DNA from: Octopus sinensis
Taxonomy: Eukaryota
DNA: 64,000 nucleotides
Direction: 5' to 3'
Assembly (NCBI RefSeq): GCF_006345805.1
Contig: NC_042998.1
Span: 36,766,001-36,830,000, forward strand
Shown: one piece after another, positions 1-12,167 of the stretch
Numbering within the stretch: the first letter of the stretch is position 1
How the letters are laid out: every line of letters begins with the position of its first letter
Made by a program: the position numbers and the translations under genes
The notes under the pieces: generated by a model
Seen by the model: only the letters and a program-made list of their open reading frames with translations
The model's database searches: none
What the model was told of the DNA's origin: nothing

Positions 1-342
1 TGGGTTTTAAACAGAAAAGGGGTAGCTACAAGTAAAATGACAATTATAAAAAAGAGAATGCAAAAGAAATATGAAAACTGGTTTTATTAACTGAATTACC
101 TTAAAGATGGGACGATTGTTTGCTCGTACTGCAGATTTCCGCTCGTATTTCAAGACAAAAATTCGCACGAGTCTCGGCTCGTACAGCAAATTACTCGTAC
201 AACGGGGCACTCGTAATGCGAGGTTCTACTGTAATATAGGTTGTATTTTCATATTTTACAACTCTTGCAGTAAAATAATTTGATATTTATTATGCAAACT
301 TTCTGTGCATGTCCGGACTGAGGCATCTCCTGTGTGTTTGTT

Positions 343-377
<35 letters not shown>

Positions 378-381
378 TATA

Positions 382-727
382 AAGGGGGTAAAGACCACCT
401 TCGGTCATGAGTGACCATGGGTTTGCACCTAGAGAGTTACCCTCTGAGGCACAAGTCTGGGCAAGGTTGTTTTATGGAAGACCAGTAGTCGCCCATGCAT
501 ACCGGCTTCCCCTCTCCACGCCACCAGTGTTATCCAAGGGAAAGACAAAGGTCGATGCAGCTTGGCACCTGTGACGTCGCAACTCATTTCTACAGCTGAG
601 TGAACTGGAGCAACGTGAAATAAAGTGTCTTGCTGAAGAACACAACACGCAGCCCGGTCCGGGATTCAAGCTCACAACCTCACGATCGTAAGCTCGACGC
701 CCTAACCACTGAGCCATGCGCCTTCAC
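382..727 (-). mobile_element. tRNA-derived SINE (family B, CORE-like body)
   Basis: Minus strand starts GTGAAGGCGCATGGCTCAGTGGTTAGGGCG (A box) and GAGCTTGAATCCC (B box), then GTGTTCTTCAGCAAGACACTTTATTTCACGTTGCTCCAG. 13-bp direct repeat TGTGTGTATTATA at 369-381 and 729-741 (TSD). Confidence 0.85.
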
Positions 728-1189
728 ATGTGTGTATTATACGTCAACAAAAATATTATAGATAGTGAAGTATAAAAGAAAGTAAACTGGAAAAAAGCTG
801 ATTTATGCAGTTCAGAGAACAAGAAATCCACCTGTGGCTTATTAAACCCTTTCAAATACGACCCCTTTTAGGGTCTCGGTGACAGCAGGATACGGCATCA
901 GCAACGTAAGCAAATGTAAAGTTGTTGAAGGGAAAATGAAGCAATTGTTAGACATCGTTTTCTATTTTCAGTTTGGTAAGAAGAAGGAATTGTTAAAAGT
1001 GTTTTCCTTTCGTCAGTCATTGAAGTTGGTTGGATCTCATTGCTTATCGCTTTGATCAATTGAAGGTCTTCTCTAGGCATTTATTTGTTTTCTGCGTTTT
1101 CTTAAACCTCACTAGGAAATTTTATACTTTGTGTCTCTGCACAAACAAGAATAAAAAAATATATACTTTAAACAAAATAATTTAACAAT

Positions 1190-1980
1190 AAGACGATGTG
1201 CTGGCAGAATCGTTACCACGCCGGGTGAAATGCTTAGCAGCATTTCGTCTGCCGTTACGTTCTGAGTTCAAATTCCGCCGAGGTCGACTTTGCCTTTCAT
1301 CCTTTCGGGGTCGCTAAATTAAGTACCATTTATACACTGGGGTCGATATTATAGATTTAATCCGTTTGTCTGTCCTTGTTTGTCCTCTCTGTGTTTAGCC
1401 CCTAGTGGGTAGTAAAGAAATAGGTATTTCGTCTGCCGCTACGTTCTGAGTTCAAATTCCACCGAGGTCGACTTTGCCTTTCATCCTTTCGGGGTCGATA
1501 AATTAAGTACCAGTTACGCACTAGGGTCGATGTAACCGACTTAATCCGTTTGTCTGTCCTTGTTTCTCCTCTCTGTGTTTAGCCCCTAGTGGGTAGTAAA
1601 GAAATAGGTATTTCGTCTGCCGCTATGTTCTGAGTTCAAATTCCACCGAGGTCGACTTTGCCTTTCATCCTTTCGGGGTCGATAAATTAAGTACCAGTTA
1701 CGCACTGGGGTCGATGTAATCGACTTAATACCCTTGTCTGTCCTTGTTTGTCCCCTCTATGTTTAGCCCCTTGAGGGCAATAAAGAAATAAGAATCGTTA
1801 GCACGCAGGGGAAAAATACTTATCGGCATTTCGTCCGTCTTCATGTTCTGAGATCAAATACCGCCGGAGTCGATTTCGCCTTTCGTCTTTCCGGGATCGA
1901 TAAAATAAACAGTTGTTGTAATCGACGAGCCGTCGCCCTCTAATTTGCTAGCCTTGTGCCATAATTTGAACGTACTATCC
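1190..1980 (+). mobile_element. SINE family A, multimeric copy: three 184-bp internal units plus an older diverged unit
   Basis: Head GCTGGCAGAATCGTTACCACGCCGGG. Units start at 1239, 1423 and 1607 (TATTTCGTCTGCCG...GGTCGACTTTGCCTTTCATCCTTTCGGGGTCGATAAATTAAGTACC...TAAAGAAATA). AGAATCGTTA occurs at 1206-1215 and 1791-1800. Confidence 0.85.
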
Positions 1981-3567
1981 TTTGAACATGCCCAATTCAT
2001 CATCATCATTACATACTCTGTTTTCCTAAATATTTACAAAGTTGAAAAGTTTAAAACTTTTCAGTCGAGTGTTTATAAAATGTTAGTAAAATATTCATAA
2101 TTCATAGTTGCCTCACTAGAACATGTATTTTAGCATTAAACACGATTATTTAATGCTTATAAGCATATAATATAGGTATGTATATGTACAAATATGTAGG
2201 CACGTATGTGATTGACCTATCACATAAGTATTCGTATAAAATCAATGGTCTTTTCATTAGGTGACATTCTACTTCATTAGCATTCTCAGATTGATTGCAT
2301 GTACAAGAACCAAAATATTCTAACTTAAATATTATGAAGTAACAAACTCTGGAGAAATTTGGCCGTTTATTTTCCTCTCACGTCATTTGACTCGTTTTAA
2401 CATCGTTATTCTTTAGATCTTTTGTAATTCTTTGTGTTTCGTTTTTAATTTTCTTATCTCTATCCCATTGTCGTATTAGTGGCGACAATATTTTAGATTC
2501 ATCATTTAATTGACTTTATATCTGTTCATCTATATTTGTACGATTAAAATGCCTTAAGTTAAAACATTGCGTCAAAACACACATTTCCTCTCCCATGTTC
2601 GCTTGGTTCTTTCTTTGTCACACACATTTCTGTCGCATGCGTCAGAATATCTAAATCAATTTTGTGATACTTTATGTTAAATCTTGGCAACAGGCAATCG
2701 CAGAAAGAGATATATTTGACAGTGAAGTGATACAAGAAGAATTTCAAAAAGGGCATTTGCATTTTTAGCTGGGTTACAAATGATGCTGAAATTTTAGATT
2801 GAATAATGATTAGTTAATTTCTATTTAGACTGACACATATTGCCGTATTCCCCACAAAAATGGAGACAAGTTGCCGCTAAATCAAGCAAAATAAAGTCAA
2901 ATAAAAATTAAAGATAGCCAAGAAAGAAAAACAGCCTTTGGTTTAAGAGTCATGTAAACATATCAACAAAAAAGATCTGTGTTATTTTCTGATCACTGTA
3001 TCGCTAGCAGGATATAAAAATGAAGAATTCGAACAGCTTTTACACATGTTTGTATAATATATGCATTATTTTATATAAATTCTCTAAATTCGAGGTAAAC
3101 AAGTGCTTGAGGAAATATACGACAGATAAAAAGTGTAACGTTTGCAAGTAACAACGAACACATTATTAACAAATATTTGAAAAGAGTAATGCCATTATTT
3201 TTCTCTTATTTTGTCACTATAATGGAAATTTCCAGAAACTTACTTAACATAAAATGCAGTTTGTACGAAATATTGTTTATTACCAACAAAAATTACTGCA
3301 TGCCTATGAGTTAAAATCATTATAATCTAAACAACGTGATATTATCAGAGGTATGAGAAAAGCTATCAGATTCAATGAAGAAATGCGAATGCTGCATGGT
3401 TATAGAAATGTGGGTTTCGGTCCTACGGCCAGCTTCGACTTCTTCCGTTCGAAGGGATTTACAACAGAATATTTACACGCTTTTACTTACAGTTGTATGT
3501 ATTTTCCGTTACATCTTTAGAAACGGTAACCATTCCTGCTACTCGAAGTTTCTAAATTGAAATATCT

Positions 3568-3706
3568 ATTTCTTTATTGCCCACAGGGGGCTAACCATAG
3601 AGGGGACAAACAAGGACAGACAAAGGGATTAAGTCAATTACATCGATCCCGGTGCGAAACTGGTACTTTATTTATCGACCCCGAAAGGATGAACGGCAAA
3701 GTCGAC
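3568..3706 (-). mobile_element. SINE family A, 5'-truncated
   Basis: Reverse complement of the family A 3' half (TATTTCTTTATTGCCCAC...GACCCCGAAAGGATGAACGGCAAAGTCGACC). Confidence 0.8.
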
Positions 3707-3825
3707 CTAACGAATCCATCCATCCATCCATCCAGCAATCGGAATATGTATGCATATATTCACCCTGTGCTATCTGTTTTGTCTTTTTCTTTCTTTTATT
3801 GTTCACTGCATTCACATTACATGCA

Positions 3826-3893
3826 TACTATCACACATACATACATACATAGATACATACATACATACATACATACATACATGCATACATACA

Positions 3894-3927
<34 letters not shown>

Positions 3928-3939
3928 CATACATACATA
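3826..3939. repeat. (ATAC)n microsatellite
   Basis: Direct reading. Confidence 0.95.
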
Positions 3940-4255
3940 AACATCAAGATCACACGGACATAATATGCCTGGAGGTTATTTCACGGACAAAGAAATAAAC
4001 GCTTCTTTTTTCTATCTTCTTTTCCATCCCTTCATTATTCTTTGCCTTCATTTTACCCTGCTTTTCTCTGTCTTCTCACTTTTCCTCCTGGGACACATTT
4101 TCTCTGACACTTTTAGGGAAATGTCGTTCTATTTAAAACTTGTTTCTTATAAAGCATTTTTGCCATCTATTTGTTCTAGAGATGCTGCTATTCTTCTTCT
4201 TTGCTTGATTTCTTAGAATTATTAATTCATAATCCAACTGGTTATTCTCGCATAG

Positions 4256-4665
4256 TGGAGGCGCAATGGCCCAGTGGTTAGGGCAGTAGACTCGCGGTCG
4301 TAGGATCGCAGTTTCGATTCCCAGACCGGGCCTTGTGAGTGTTTATTGAGCAGAAACACCTAAAGCTCCACGAGGCTCCGCCAGGGGATGGTGGAGAATC
4401 CTGCAGTAGGGGTGGTAGTGAACCCTGCAGTACTCTTTCACTACAAATTTCTTTCTCCCTTTCTTCTTGTTTCTGTTGTACATGTATTTTAAAGGGCCAG
4501 CCTTGTCGCGCTCTGTGTCACGCTGAATCCCCCCGCGAACTACGTTAAGGGTACACGTGTCCGTGGAGTGCTCAGCCACTTCCACGTTAATTTCATGAGC
4601 AGGCTGTTCCCTTGATCTGATCAACTGGAACAAACGTCGTCGTAACCGACAGAGAGCCATGTTGT
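4256..4665 (+). mobile_element. tRNA-derived SINE (family D)
   Basis: GTGGAGGCGCAATGGCCCAGTGGTTAGGGCAG (A box) and GTTTCGATTCCC (B box), followed by a non-tRNA body ending GTCGTCGTAACCGACAGAGAGCC. Confidence 0.75.
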
Positions 4666-5905
4666 GGCACAAGGCTTGATTTATAATAACTGCGTCATTT
4701 TGGAAATTTTATATCCTTATCGAATTCCTACGAAAAACATTTTTGACAACCGGTCCTTTCTCCTTTTGCATAGTAATAAGGACTACCTATTTCACTTTCG
4801 TATAATACTCCCTTAGCTCTACTTTTATTCAGACGATATTTTCCTGAGATCTAAGTTTTAATATTTATACAACCATAAAAGCGATCTCATAAAGAATATT
4901 CTACTATAATTGACGGCGTATAAGAATCACTCCTGCATAAGACACTCCACACATATGTTTTGTGGTTAAAAAAAATATTTAGTATGTTCCATCATACACT
5001 TATCGAAAGATATTTTACGGTGGTATTTGTAGGGAAAGTGTATGATTCTTCGAGAGTATACGCGAAGGAAGTCTGTAAACGTAAAGTTGTCATCAACGAT
5101 GTACGTTACTCAACTACCGAACATCAATTTTTTCTTCTTTCAGATCAATTGTATAGTATTATATATATATTTTCGTGAAGTGAATTGTCATATACATATA
5201 AAAATCGTACTTTTAGCTATGGTGTTTGCTTTACAGCTCCAGAGTAGCACATCGCCGCTATCGCTTTGTTGCCATCCACTCATTACAAATAGATGACATG
5301 TGGCTGAAAAGTTAACACGCTATTCTTTTCTAGGGGAATTTTTATTTAGATAATCAAAAAATATTTCTTAAAGACAACACTGTCATTAATTAATGTAACC
5401 CTTAAATCAGGCGATGGTTCGTTATACAAGAAAAAGAGAAGAAATGAGATGATGTGACATTTACATATAACTCGTAACTTGCTGAAAGTAATATTTTCGT
5501 AATTGGTGTAAACAGACTGATATTTCGGCTTGTTCTAATGTTCAATTATAAGTAACAATTATCGTGCTCAGGGAACTTATACTTATCTGGCTCCTTATTG
5601 CTCCCGATCTCCCATCCTTAATATCGTCGCATTAGACGCATGGCAGTTTCGGTACATCTAAAAGCATCAGAAAACGCTTCTTATGCTCCGATAAATACGG
5701 TAATTCAATGACACCAACAGTTGACAACTGTTTAGGATTACCCACAATGATTTTTATTTTATTAAAATCATGTACTAAATGTAGTTTTACACTAACTGCA
5801 AAACACACGATGAAGCGATATATTAAAATATTTATTAGTATTTCCTGACACATCATATTTAAAATTCCAAGAAGCGGAAACCATAATATTATATACCAAT
5901 ATTAA

Positions 5906-6137
5906 AGGCGGTGAGCTGGCAGAAGCGTTAGCCCACCGGGCGAAATGCTTAGCGGTATTTCGTCTGCCGTTACGTTGTGAGTTCAAATTCCGCCGAGGTC
6001 GACTTTACCTTTCATCCTTTCGGGGTCGATAAATTAAGTACCAGTTATGCACTGGGGTCGATGTAATCGACTTAATACCTATGTCTGTCCTTGTTTGTCC
6101 CCTCTATGTTTAGCCCATTGTGGGTAATAAAGAAATA
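5906..6137 (+). mobile_element. SINE family A, monomeric
   Basis: AGGCGGTGAGCTGGCAGAA...TAAAGAAATA. 8-bp direct repeat AATATTAA at 5898-5905 and 6138-6145. Confidence 0.85.
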
Positions 6138-6696
6138 AATATTAATGTATTGCATATAATCGTAGATGTGAATCAATGACGCAACCTCTAGATGGTAGAT
6201 GAATCTGCATTAATAGCGACAAGATTCTCAATATGTGACACCCTATAGAATTAAAGGAGGAAAGGCACAAAGATTAAAAATATATGTTCATCGCTGAGAC
6301 GGCTTTGACCATACGTCTGTACGATTCAGGCTGATCTAGAGCTAAACAATATCATTATAGAGTTATGTACATATATACCCTGGAGTTACGATACAAAACG
6401 ATGAGAACGAAACAGTGTAGACGTTACATCCTGCTTCTTGCTCAATGAATAATTTAGCCCAAAGGAATAAGTTCAACTGCAAAAAGAGGTGAATGTCATG
6501 TCCAGAACATTAAAAAGTATATTCGCTCTTCTCGCAATATAATAATGATATTAGGCAGTTTGTAATTTTCCGTGTACGAAATGCTCAGCCACGGCATTCA
6601 ATGCTTGAGAATAGACAATATGATATTAAATTACATGCACCATAATTTAGATGAATGCTACAGTGTATGTATGGAACTGTGACATTTGGATCTGTG

Positions 6697-6732
<36 letters not shown>

Positions 6733-7499
6733 CGGAGCATAAACAGAAGTGTGTCTGTTATAGCTTGCTTACTCTGAAAGTTCTTATGCATGAATATGTT
6801 CATGTAACTGTGCGGGAAGCCTTCAAAAGATTTGAATAACCAAATATGAATTCGGTGTATTTCATGCCAATCCTGCGTGCTATTTCCCTTCCTTTCGTCT
6901 CTTCCTATTCAATCATTCCATTTACGCTGCTTTGCCCCAGCGCTTTCAAATATCTCATTAAACATTTCTGTACCAACATTCATAAGCATGAAACATCTAT
7001 TATTTACTTATCTCGTTATTCCTTCATACATATATACTCAGATATCTCCTCGACTCCGCTTGACAAGCACTTATGCATCCAAGTAATATTCTCCACTTCC
7101 ATTACTTTCTTTTATTTGCAAACACACATTACCGTTCTAACTTTATCTATTATCGTATATGTTTATTCCCAGCGGGTAATTGTTTTTCTTGCATCATGAA
7201 AATGTTCTAAACATGACGTTTCTTACGTATATTATGATTAATTAAAATATTGTGTGTAAAATAATTTCACGTAATTACGTTTCTGTCAAATGATTCTCAT
7301 GCACGAAATAAACCATTCAGTAAGATACAATGACAAATTTTGTTTCTGGTATAATTAAATTTAACTTTTTATTATTCAATAGATATCTTACATTATGCTC
7401 TAACCCAGCATCCCTTTACTTCATCATAAAAATTTATTCACAATTTAATAGAAAATAATAATGGTAAAGAGCCACACGAATAGCATATAAGGTCATTTT

Positions 7500-7990
7500 A
7501 ATATCAGGTGATCAGAAATGTTTGTTGTCACTTTTGAATATCTCAGACTATGTTCTGGCTTTGTTGAAGTATATTGGAAAACAGTCAGTTGAAAGGAGTA
7601 CTAACTGGATGTTTAAAAAAATGCAAATTTGAAGGCACACCGCGTAGCAATAGTCACCTTGTAAATTATGGATCGCATTATTAAACTATGAATTTTAGGG
7701 AACATATTTGAAAACTTTGATAATTACAATTTTTATGGTTTTATATAGAGTTGGAATCTTCGAAAAATCACGCTTTCTACAGATACATTGATTTGAATGG
7801 ATTTTATAAGAACCGAAGAGTGACAAATAATTAATGAAGTTCAGATGGGAAGTTGGAGTTATTAATGTCTTCTTATATTTAATCCCAAATGTCATCATGT
7901 TCTTGAAGACTGGGTCACTTGCATGTTCATCTGAAGGTGCTGATACGAATTTCGGACCTCCAAATGATATACGATTTCTGACATGTTGCA
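7500..7990 (-). mobile_element. Highly degraded Penelope-like RT relic (tentative)
   Basis: Minus-strand KIPTLYKTIK resembles the PLE RT motif P.LYG.PKIHK, and a downstream LFSNI resembles the FDV.SLFTN motif. Stops and frameshifts present. Confidence 0.3.
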
Positions 7991-8169
7991 GAAAATTATA
8001 TATAATTCAATAATGGAGTTGAGATATGTTAGAATGCGGTTGAACTAAAACAGGTTCAACGCATATTACTCGTGAAATCAAACTGTTCTTTGTTTTACAA
8101 TTCATTGCACTCAAATACAATTTTAGCAACCGGAACTGATTTATTTTCTTCATGTTATACATCTTTTCT

Positions 8170-8378
8170 AAGGCGGCGAGCTTGGCAGAAACGTCAGCAC
8201 GCCGGGCGAAATGCTTAGCGATATATGGTCTGTCTTTACGCTCTCAGTTCAAACGCCGCCGAGTTCAACTTTTCCTTTTGGGGTCGATAAATTAAGTACC
8301 AGTTACGTACTGGAGTCGATCTAATCGACTGAACCCCTTCCCAAAATTTCGGGCCTCGTGCATAGAGTAGAAAAGCAT
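8170..8378 (+). mobile_element. SINE family A, monomer with alternative 3' tail
   Basis: AAGGCGGCGAGCTTGGCAGAAACG head and GGGGTCGATAAATTAAGTACCAG core. Tail CCCCTTCCCAAAATTTCGGGCCTCGTGC. Confidence 0.8.
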
Positions 8379-8382
8379 ATAT

Positions 8383-8794
8383 GTCATTAGACTGGGGCCA
8401 TGCTGGAGCGTCTATTTAAAGAATTTTTAGTTGAATGAATCGACACGAATATAATTTGTTTTTAAGTATGTTACTTATTCTATAGGTTCTCGAAACGAAC
8501 CTCTACGTTACGAGGACATTAACACAACAACACCGGTTGTCAAACGGTGATGGAAAAACAGACATACAGACATACAGACATACAGACACTCACATACAGG
8601 CACTCATACGCATGCACATACACATACACACATACACACACATACGACGGGCGTTTTTTAAATTTCTGTCTACTAAGTTCACTCACAAGACTGTGTTTGG
8701 TTGAAGATACGTGATCTAGTTGCCATGTAGTGAAACTGAATCTGTAACCATGTGGTTGGGAAGCAAGCTTCTTATCACACAGCCACGCTTGCGC
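8383..8794 (-). mobile_element. SINE family C (internal microsatellite type), diverged
   Basis: Reverse-complement similarity to copies at 32319 and 51817 (GCGCAAGCGTGGCTGTGTG head, internal CA/GACA repeat, GCTCCAGCATGGCC tail). Confidence 0.75.
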
Positions 8795-9212
8795 GTAATT
8801 ATGAAAAAATAGACAAAAATAAACTTTGGTTCAGAGATATAACCGAAAAAATAAAATATCCGATCGAAAACCAATTTCCAACATATAGATATACTTCTAT
8901 ATAAGTGGGCAGTGAATAGCAATATTTAGACGATACGTTTGATTATAACTGATTTCGATCCGACGACCACTGAAATGTATTTGCATCCTACGCTTTCATT
9001 GTTATTTTTCTTTACCATTCGTCTTATGCAAAAACACATTCATGGTTAATGTTAAAATTATGTGGAAATTGTCATATATCCCAGGAATTTCTCCTTAAAT
9101 GAATGTAGCTTTATGCAACATTGCATAAAATGAAGACTTTCAGTTAGAACTCACACGCTTACATGCATTCATTTTTATAATTAGAACGATCGTTTGTACT
9201 TTCGAATGATCG

Positions 9213-9319
9213 CCCAACTAGATGGTTCTGGGTTCAGTCCCACTGCATGGCACTTCGAGCAAGTGAATTCTATTATAGCCTCAGGCCGACCAAAGCCTTG
9301 TGAAACCGAAAGAGGCCCA

Positions 9320-9358
<39 letters not shown>

Positions 9359-9366
9359 GCCCATAG

Positions 9367-9401
<35 letters not shown>

Positions 9402-9960
9402 GAATATATTGGAGTGTTAGGTAACAATCCGATTATATAAACTTACGCTCATCAGAGTTAGCCGATATAAAAGAGAATATAGTGACCAGTAGATTTTATC
9501 ACTTGATTTTATTATGTGCAGATGTCAAGACTATTTCATGTTAAAACGCTACAAAATTTAAAACGTAATACTTAAAATTTTTAAAACACCTATCTCATTA
9601 TCATATTTCAGAGAAGAGAAATATCACCGCTCGCCATATTCCCTTCCGTATTGGCTATCTCTGACGAGCGTAAGTTTATTCACTTGGATTGTTACCTAAC
9701 ACTCCATTGTATTCCTTGCGTGAAACTGATTTGTATGATCAGCCGTGATGAATATATAATACTATATAGTTCAGATAGCATATATAAATGTATATATCTA
9801 TGAGCGTGCGTCTTTTGGCCTGTATTTGTCCTCCACTATCACTTGACAACTGGTGCTGGTGTGTTTACGACCCTACAAATTAGCGGTTCACGAAAACAGA
9901 ACGATAGAATAAAAACTAGGCATAAAACCGTTCAAGGCAGTGCTCCAGTATGTCGCAGGC
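9213..9960 (+). mobile_element. SINE family C, split by a MITE in its internal microsatellite
   Basis: 5' half (GGTTCTGGGTTCAGTCCCACTGC...GGCCGACCAAAGCCTTGTG) at ~9213-9350. 3' half (CACTTGACAACTGGTGCTGGTGTGTTTACG...AGTGCTCCAGTATG) at ~9810-9960. Confidence 0.65.
9400..9716. mobile_element. MITE-like element with ~85-bp imperfect terminal inverted repeats
   Basis: AGGAATATATTGGAGTGTTAGGTAACAATCC...ACTTACGCTCATCAGAG (9400-9457) is the reverse complement of CTCTGACGAGCGTAAGT...GGATTGTTACCTAACACTCCATTGTATTCCT (9659-9716). Confidence 0.75.
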
Positions 9961-10060
9961 AATCGGAATTTGGTAAATTGTGGCTTTCGAAACACGTGTA
10001 GAATGCAATAAAACGTTTTCTGTTCAATCTTCGTTCAGCTCCATTTCTTCAATTCACTAA
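9961..10060 (+). repeat. ~100-bp interspersed repeat abutting (TA)n; second copy at 62339-62440; likely Penelope-type terminus fragment
   Basis: AATCGGA.TTTGGTAA.TTGTG.CTTTCGAAACACGTGTAGAATG...GTTCAGCTCCATTTCTTCAATTCAC is shared by both copies, and each is followed by (TA)n. Confidence 0.7.
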
Positions 10061-10122
10061 TAATATATATATATATATATATATATACATACATATATAT
10101 ATATACATACATATATACATAT

Positions 10123-10220
<98 letters not shown>

Positions 10221-10233
10221 CATACATATATAC

Positions 10234-10298
<65 letters not shown>

Positions 10299-10306
10299 TA
10301 TACATA
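10060..10306. repeat. Compound (TA)n/(ATAC) microsatellite
   Basis: Direct reading. Confidence 0.95.
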
Positions 10307-10380
10307 CACGGTGAAACTGTTAAGGTAGCATGAAACCGTTAAGCTAGTAAAAAGAGTGCTTAATACGGATACATACAACA

Positions 10381-10440
10381 TAGTGCAGAAATAATTTATA
10401 AGCATTGCTTATGCAATGCTTATAAATTATTTCTTCACTA
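10381..10440. repeat. Near-perfect 60-bp palindrome
   Basis: TAGTGCAGAAATAATTTATAAGCATTGC-TTAT-GCAATGCTTATAAATTATTTCTTCACTA; 28-bp arms, one mismatch. Confidence 0.95.
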
Positions 10441-11361
10441 CGTGTATATTCCGAAATATTTTACAAATTACCTTCCACTATTTATGAGTGTTATGCATAG
10501 AAAATGGTGTAAAATTGGAAAGAATATAAATATTAAGTATATAAGCGGAGATTGATATGACTAAAGTATCAAGTGAAATTACTCTTCTCTGAAATATAAT
10601 AATGAGTTCGGTCTTTTAAAAATTTTAAATATAACTTTTTAAAATTTTGTAGCGTATTAACATGAAATAATCCTGACATCCACACGTAATAAAATCAAGA
10701 GATAAAATCTCCGCTATCTGAGTTCACAACGACATTATAAATTATGTTTCTAAGCTATTTTGACCCGTATTCCACGACGTCAAAAGCTGTGGTTGATATT
10801 TTCGATGATAAATTTTATGCTTTGAAAGGGTCACGTTTTCATATTGGACAAAGGCTACACCCGAAACCCATTTTCCCGTTTAACGAATGAACATTCGCAT
10901 ACAAACTTTGACGCAAAACGAACTTCTGCAGACGTTGTTCGGAATGAAATACATGAAATTCCTTTAATCAAAAATATATTAACGTCTTCAGCCCAAAACG
11001 TACCTAAGTCTACCTTAGTTCAAAGAATCCTATTAAAAACTGATATTCGCTATTTCTAATTTCGCGTCTGAAGTGTTGTTTTTCTTCAGGCAGATTTTAC
11101 ATCTATTCGAAAATCTAAAAGTGGGAAAATATTATCTAAAACATAATTTTAATTATATTTTTTAAATAAAGACCTATATCTGCAGGGAAACTATTTTCGA
11201 GTCTTCATTTTTTGGTTCATATTTCACTTTTAATCATTATCTGATATATAGGAATTTTATTCTTCTTTTCCTTTCTCTTCATAATGGCAACCTACAAAAT
11301 ATAATATTCGTGGAAGAAAATTTAATTTAAAAGTTACAAAGCAAGGAATATACTAGAAATA

Positions 11362-11857
11362 TGTTCAGTTCTCATTTAATTCAAATAATATCTCAAATTA
11401 TATTGTATCTGTCATATTTTATTCAAACTTTTTATTCGAAATTAGATGTCTTTTCTGTGAAAACGTAATGTTTTAGAATAATACAAATTCGATTAAATAA
11501 TGATGAATGGTGTGTATGACAAAGTAAATACAATAACTAGTAGCTCGTCTGCACTTACTGATTTTGAATAGGTTTTCTAATTTCCTTATTATTCTTGATA
11601 ACATAAAATCTGACCCGCACAGGTGAAACACATATACATTTTCAGTAGAATATGGAACTAACCTAAGAGGCGACTGCCCTACCAAATCTTCAAGACATAC
11701 TTTAGCTCTCATTGCTGAACTCAGTCGATCCAGTTTTGTCGAATCACTAACATTCACAAACAGAACACAATGGTTTTGATTCTAAATGCATATGTTGCTG
11801 AAAAGAACAGATACAATATAATTTGAGATATTCTTCGAATTAAATGAGAACTGAACC
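11362..11857. mobile_element. MITE with ~55-bp TIRs flanked by TA (Tc1/mariner-like)
   Basis: GTTCAGTTCTCATTTAATTCAAATAATATCTCAAATTATATTGTATCTGT (from 11363) versus ACAGATACAATATAATTTGAGATATTCTTCGAATTAAATGAGAACTGAAC (to 11856). TA at 11360-61 and 11858-59. Confidence 0.8.
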
Positions 11858-11937
11858 TATTAAAATGAGCATATTAATCCAACTAGTACAAAACCAGAAA
11901 ATATGATGTGTAGAGAACCGGTATAATTCAATATATG

Positions 11938-12167
11938 TTTCTTTATTACCCACAAGGGGCTAAACATAGATGGGACAAACAAGGACAGACAAACAAATTA
12001 AGTCGATTACATCGACCCCAGTGCGTAACTGGTACTTAATGTATCGACCCCGAAGGATGAAAGGCAGAGTCGACCTCGGCGGAATCTGAACTCAGAACGT
12101 AACAGCAGACGAAATACCGCCAAACATTTCGCCCGGCGCGCTATCGTTTCTGCCAGCTCGCCGCCTT
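11938..12167 (-). mobile_element. SINE family A, monomeric
   Basis: Reverse complement of a full head-to-tail family A unit. Degenerate direct repeat GAGAACCG.TATA..TCAATATA on both flanks. Confidence 0.85.

Noticed and set aside
1239-1790. Regular repeats suggesting a CRISPR-like array
   Set aside because: The units are contiguous 184-bp SINE segments with no unique spacers; eukaryotic context, no cas genes.
4256-4335. tRNA-like sequences at SINE heads (also 13258 and 727)
   Set aside because: They have A/B boxes but no complete cloverleaf, and continue into SINE bodies with TSDs. Not tRNA genes.
5042-5135. VVINDVRYSTTEHQF resembling a NADAR-domain motif
   Set aside because: Only about 15 residues, no flanking motifs or convincing splice context; cannot be supported without a search.
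9436-9680. CTGA(T/C)GA-GC-GTAA-GT in both TIRs of the 9400 MITE
   Set aside because: No GAAA or stem III follows; not a hammerhead.
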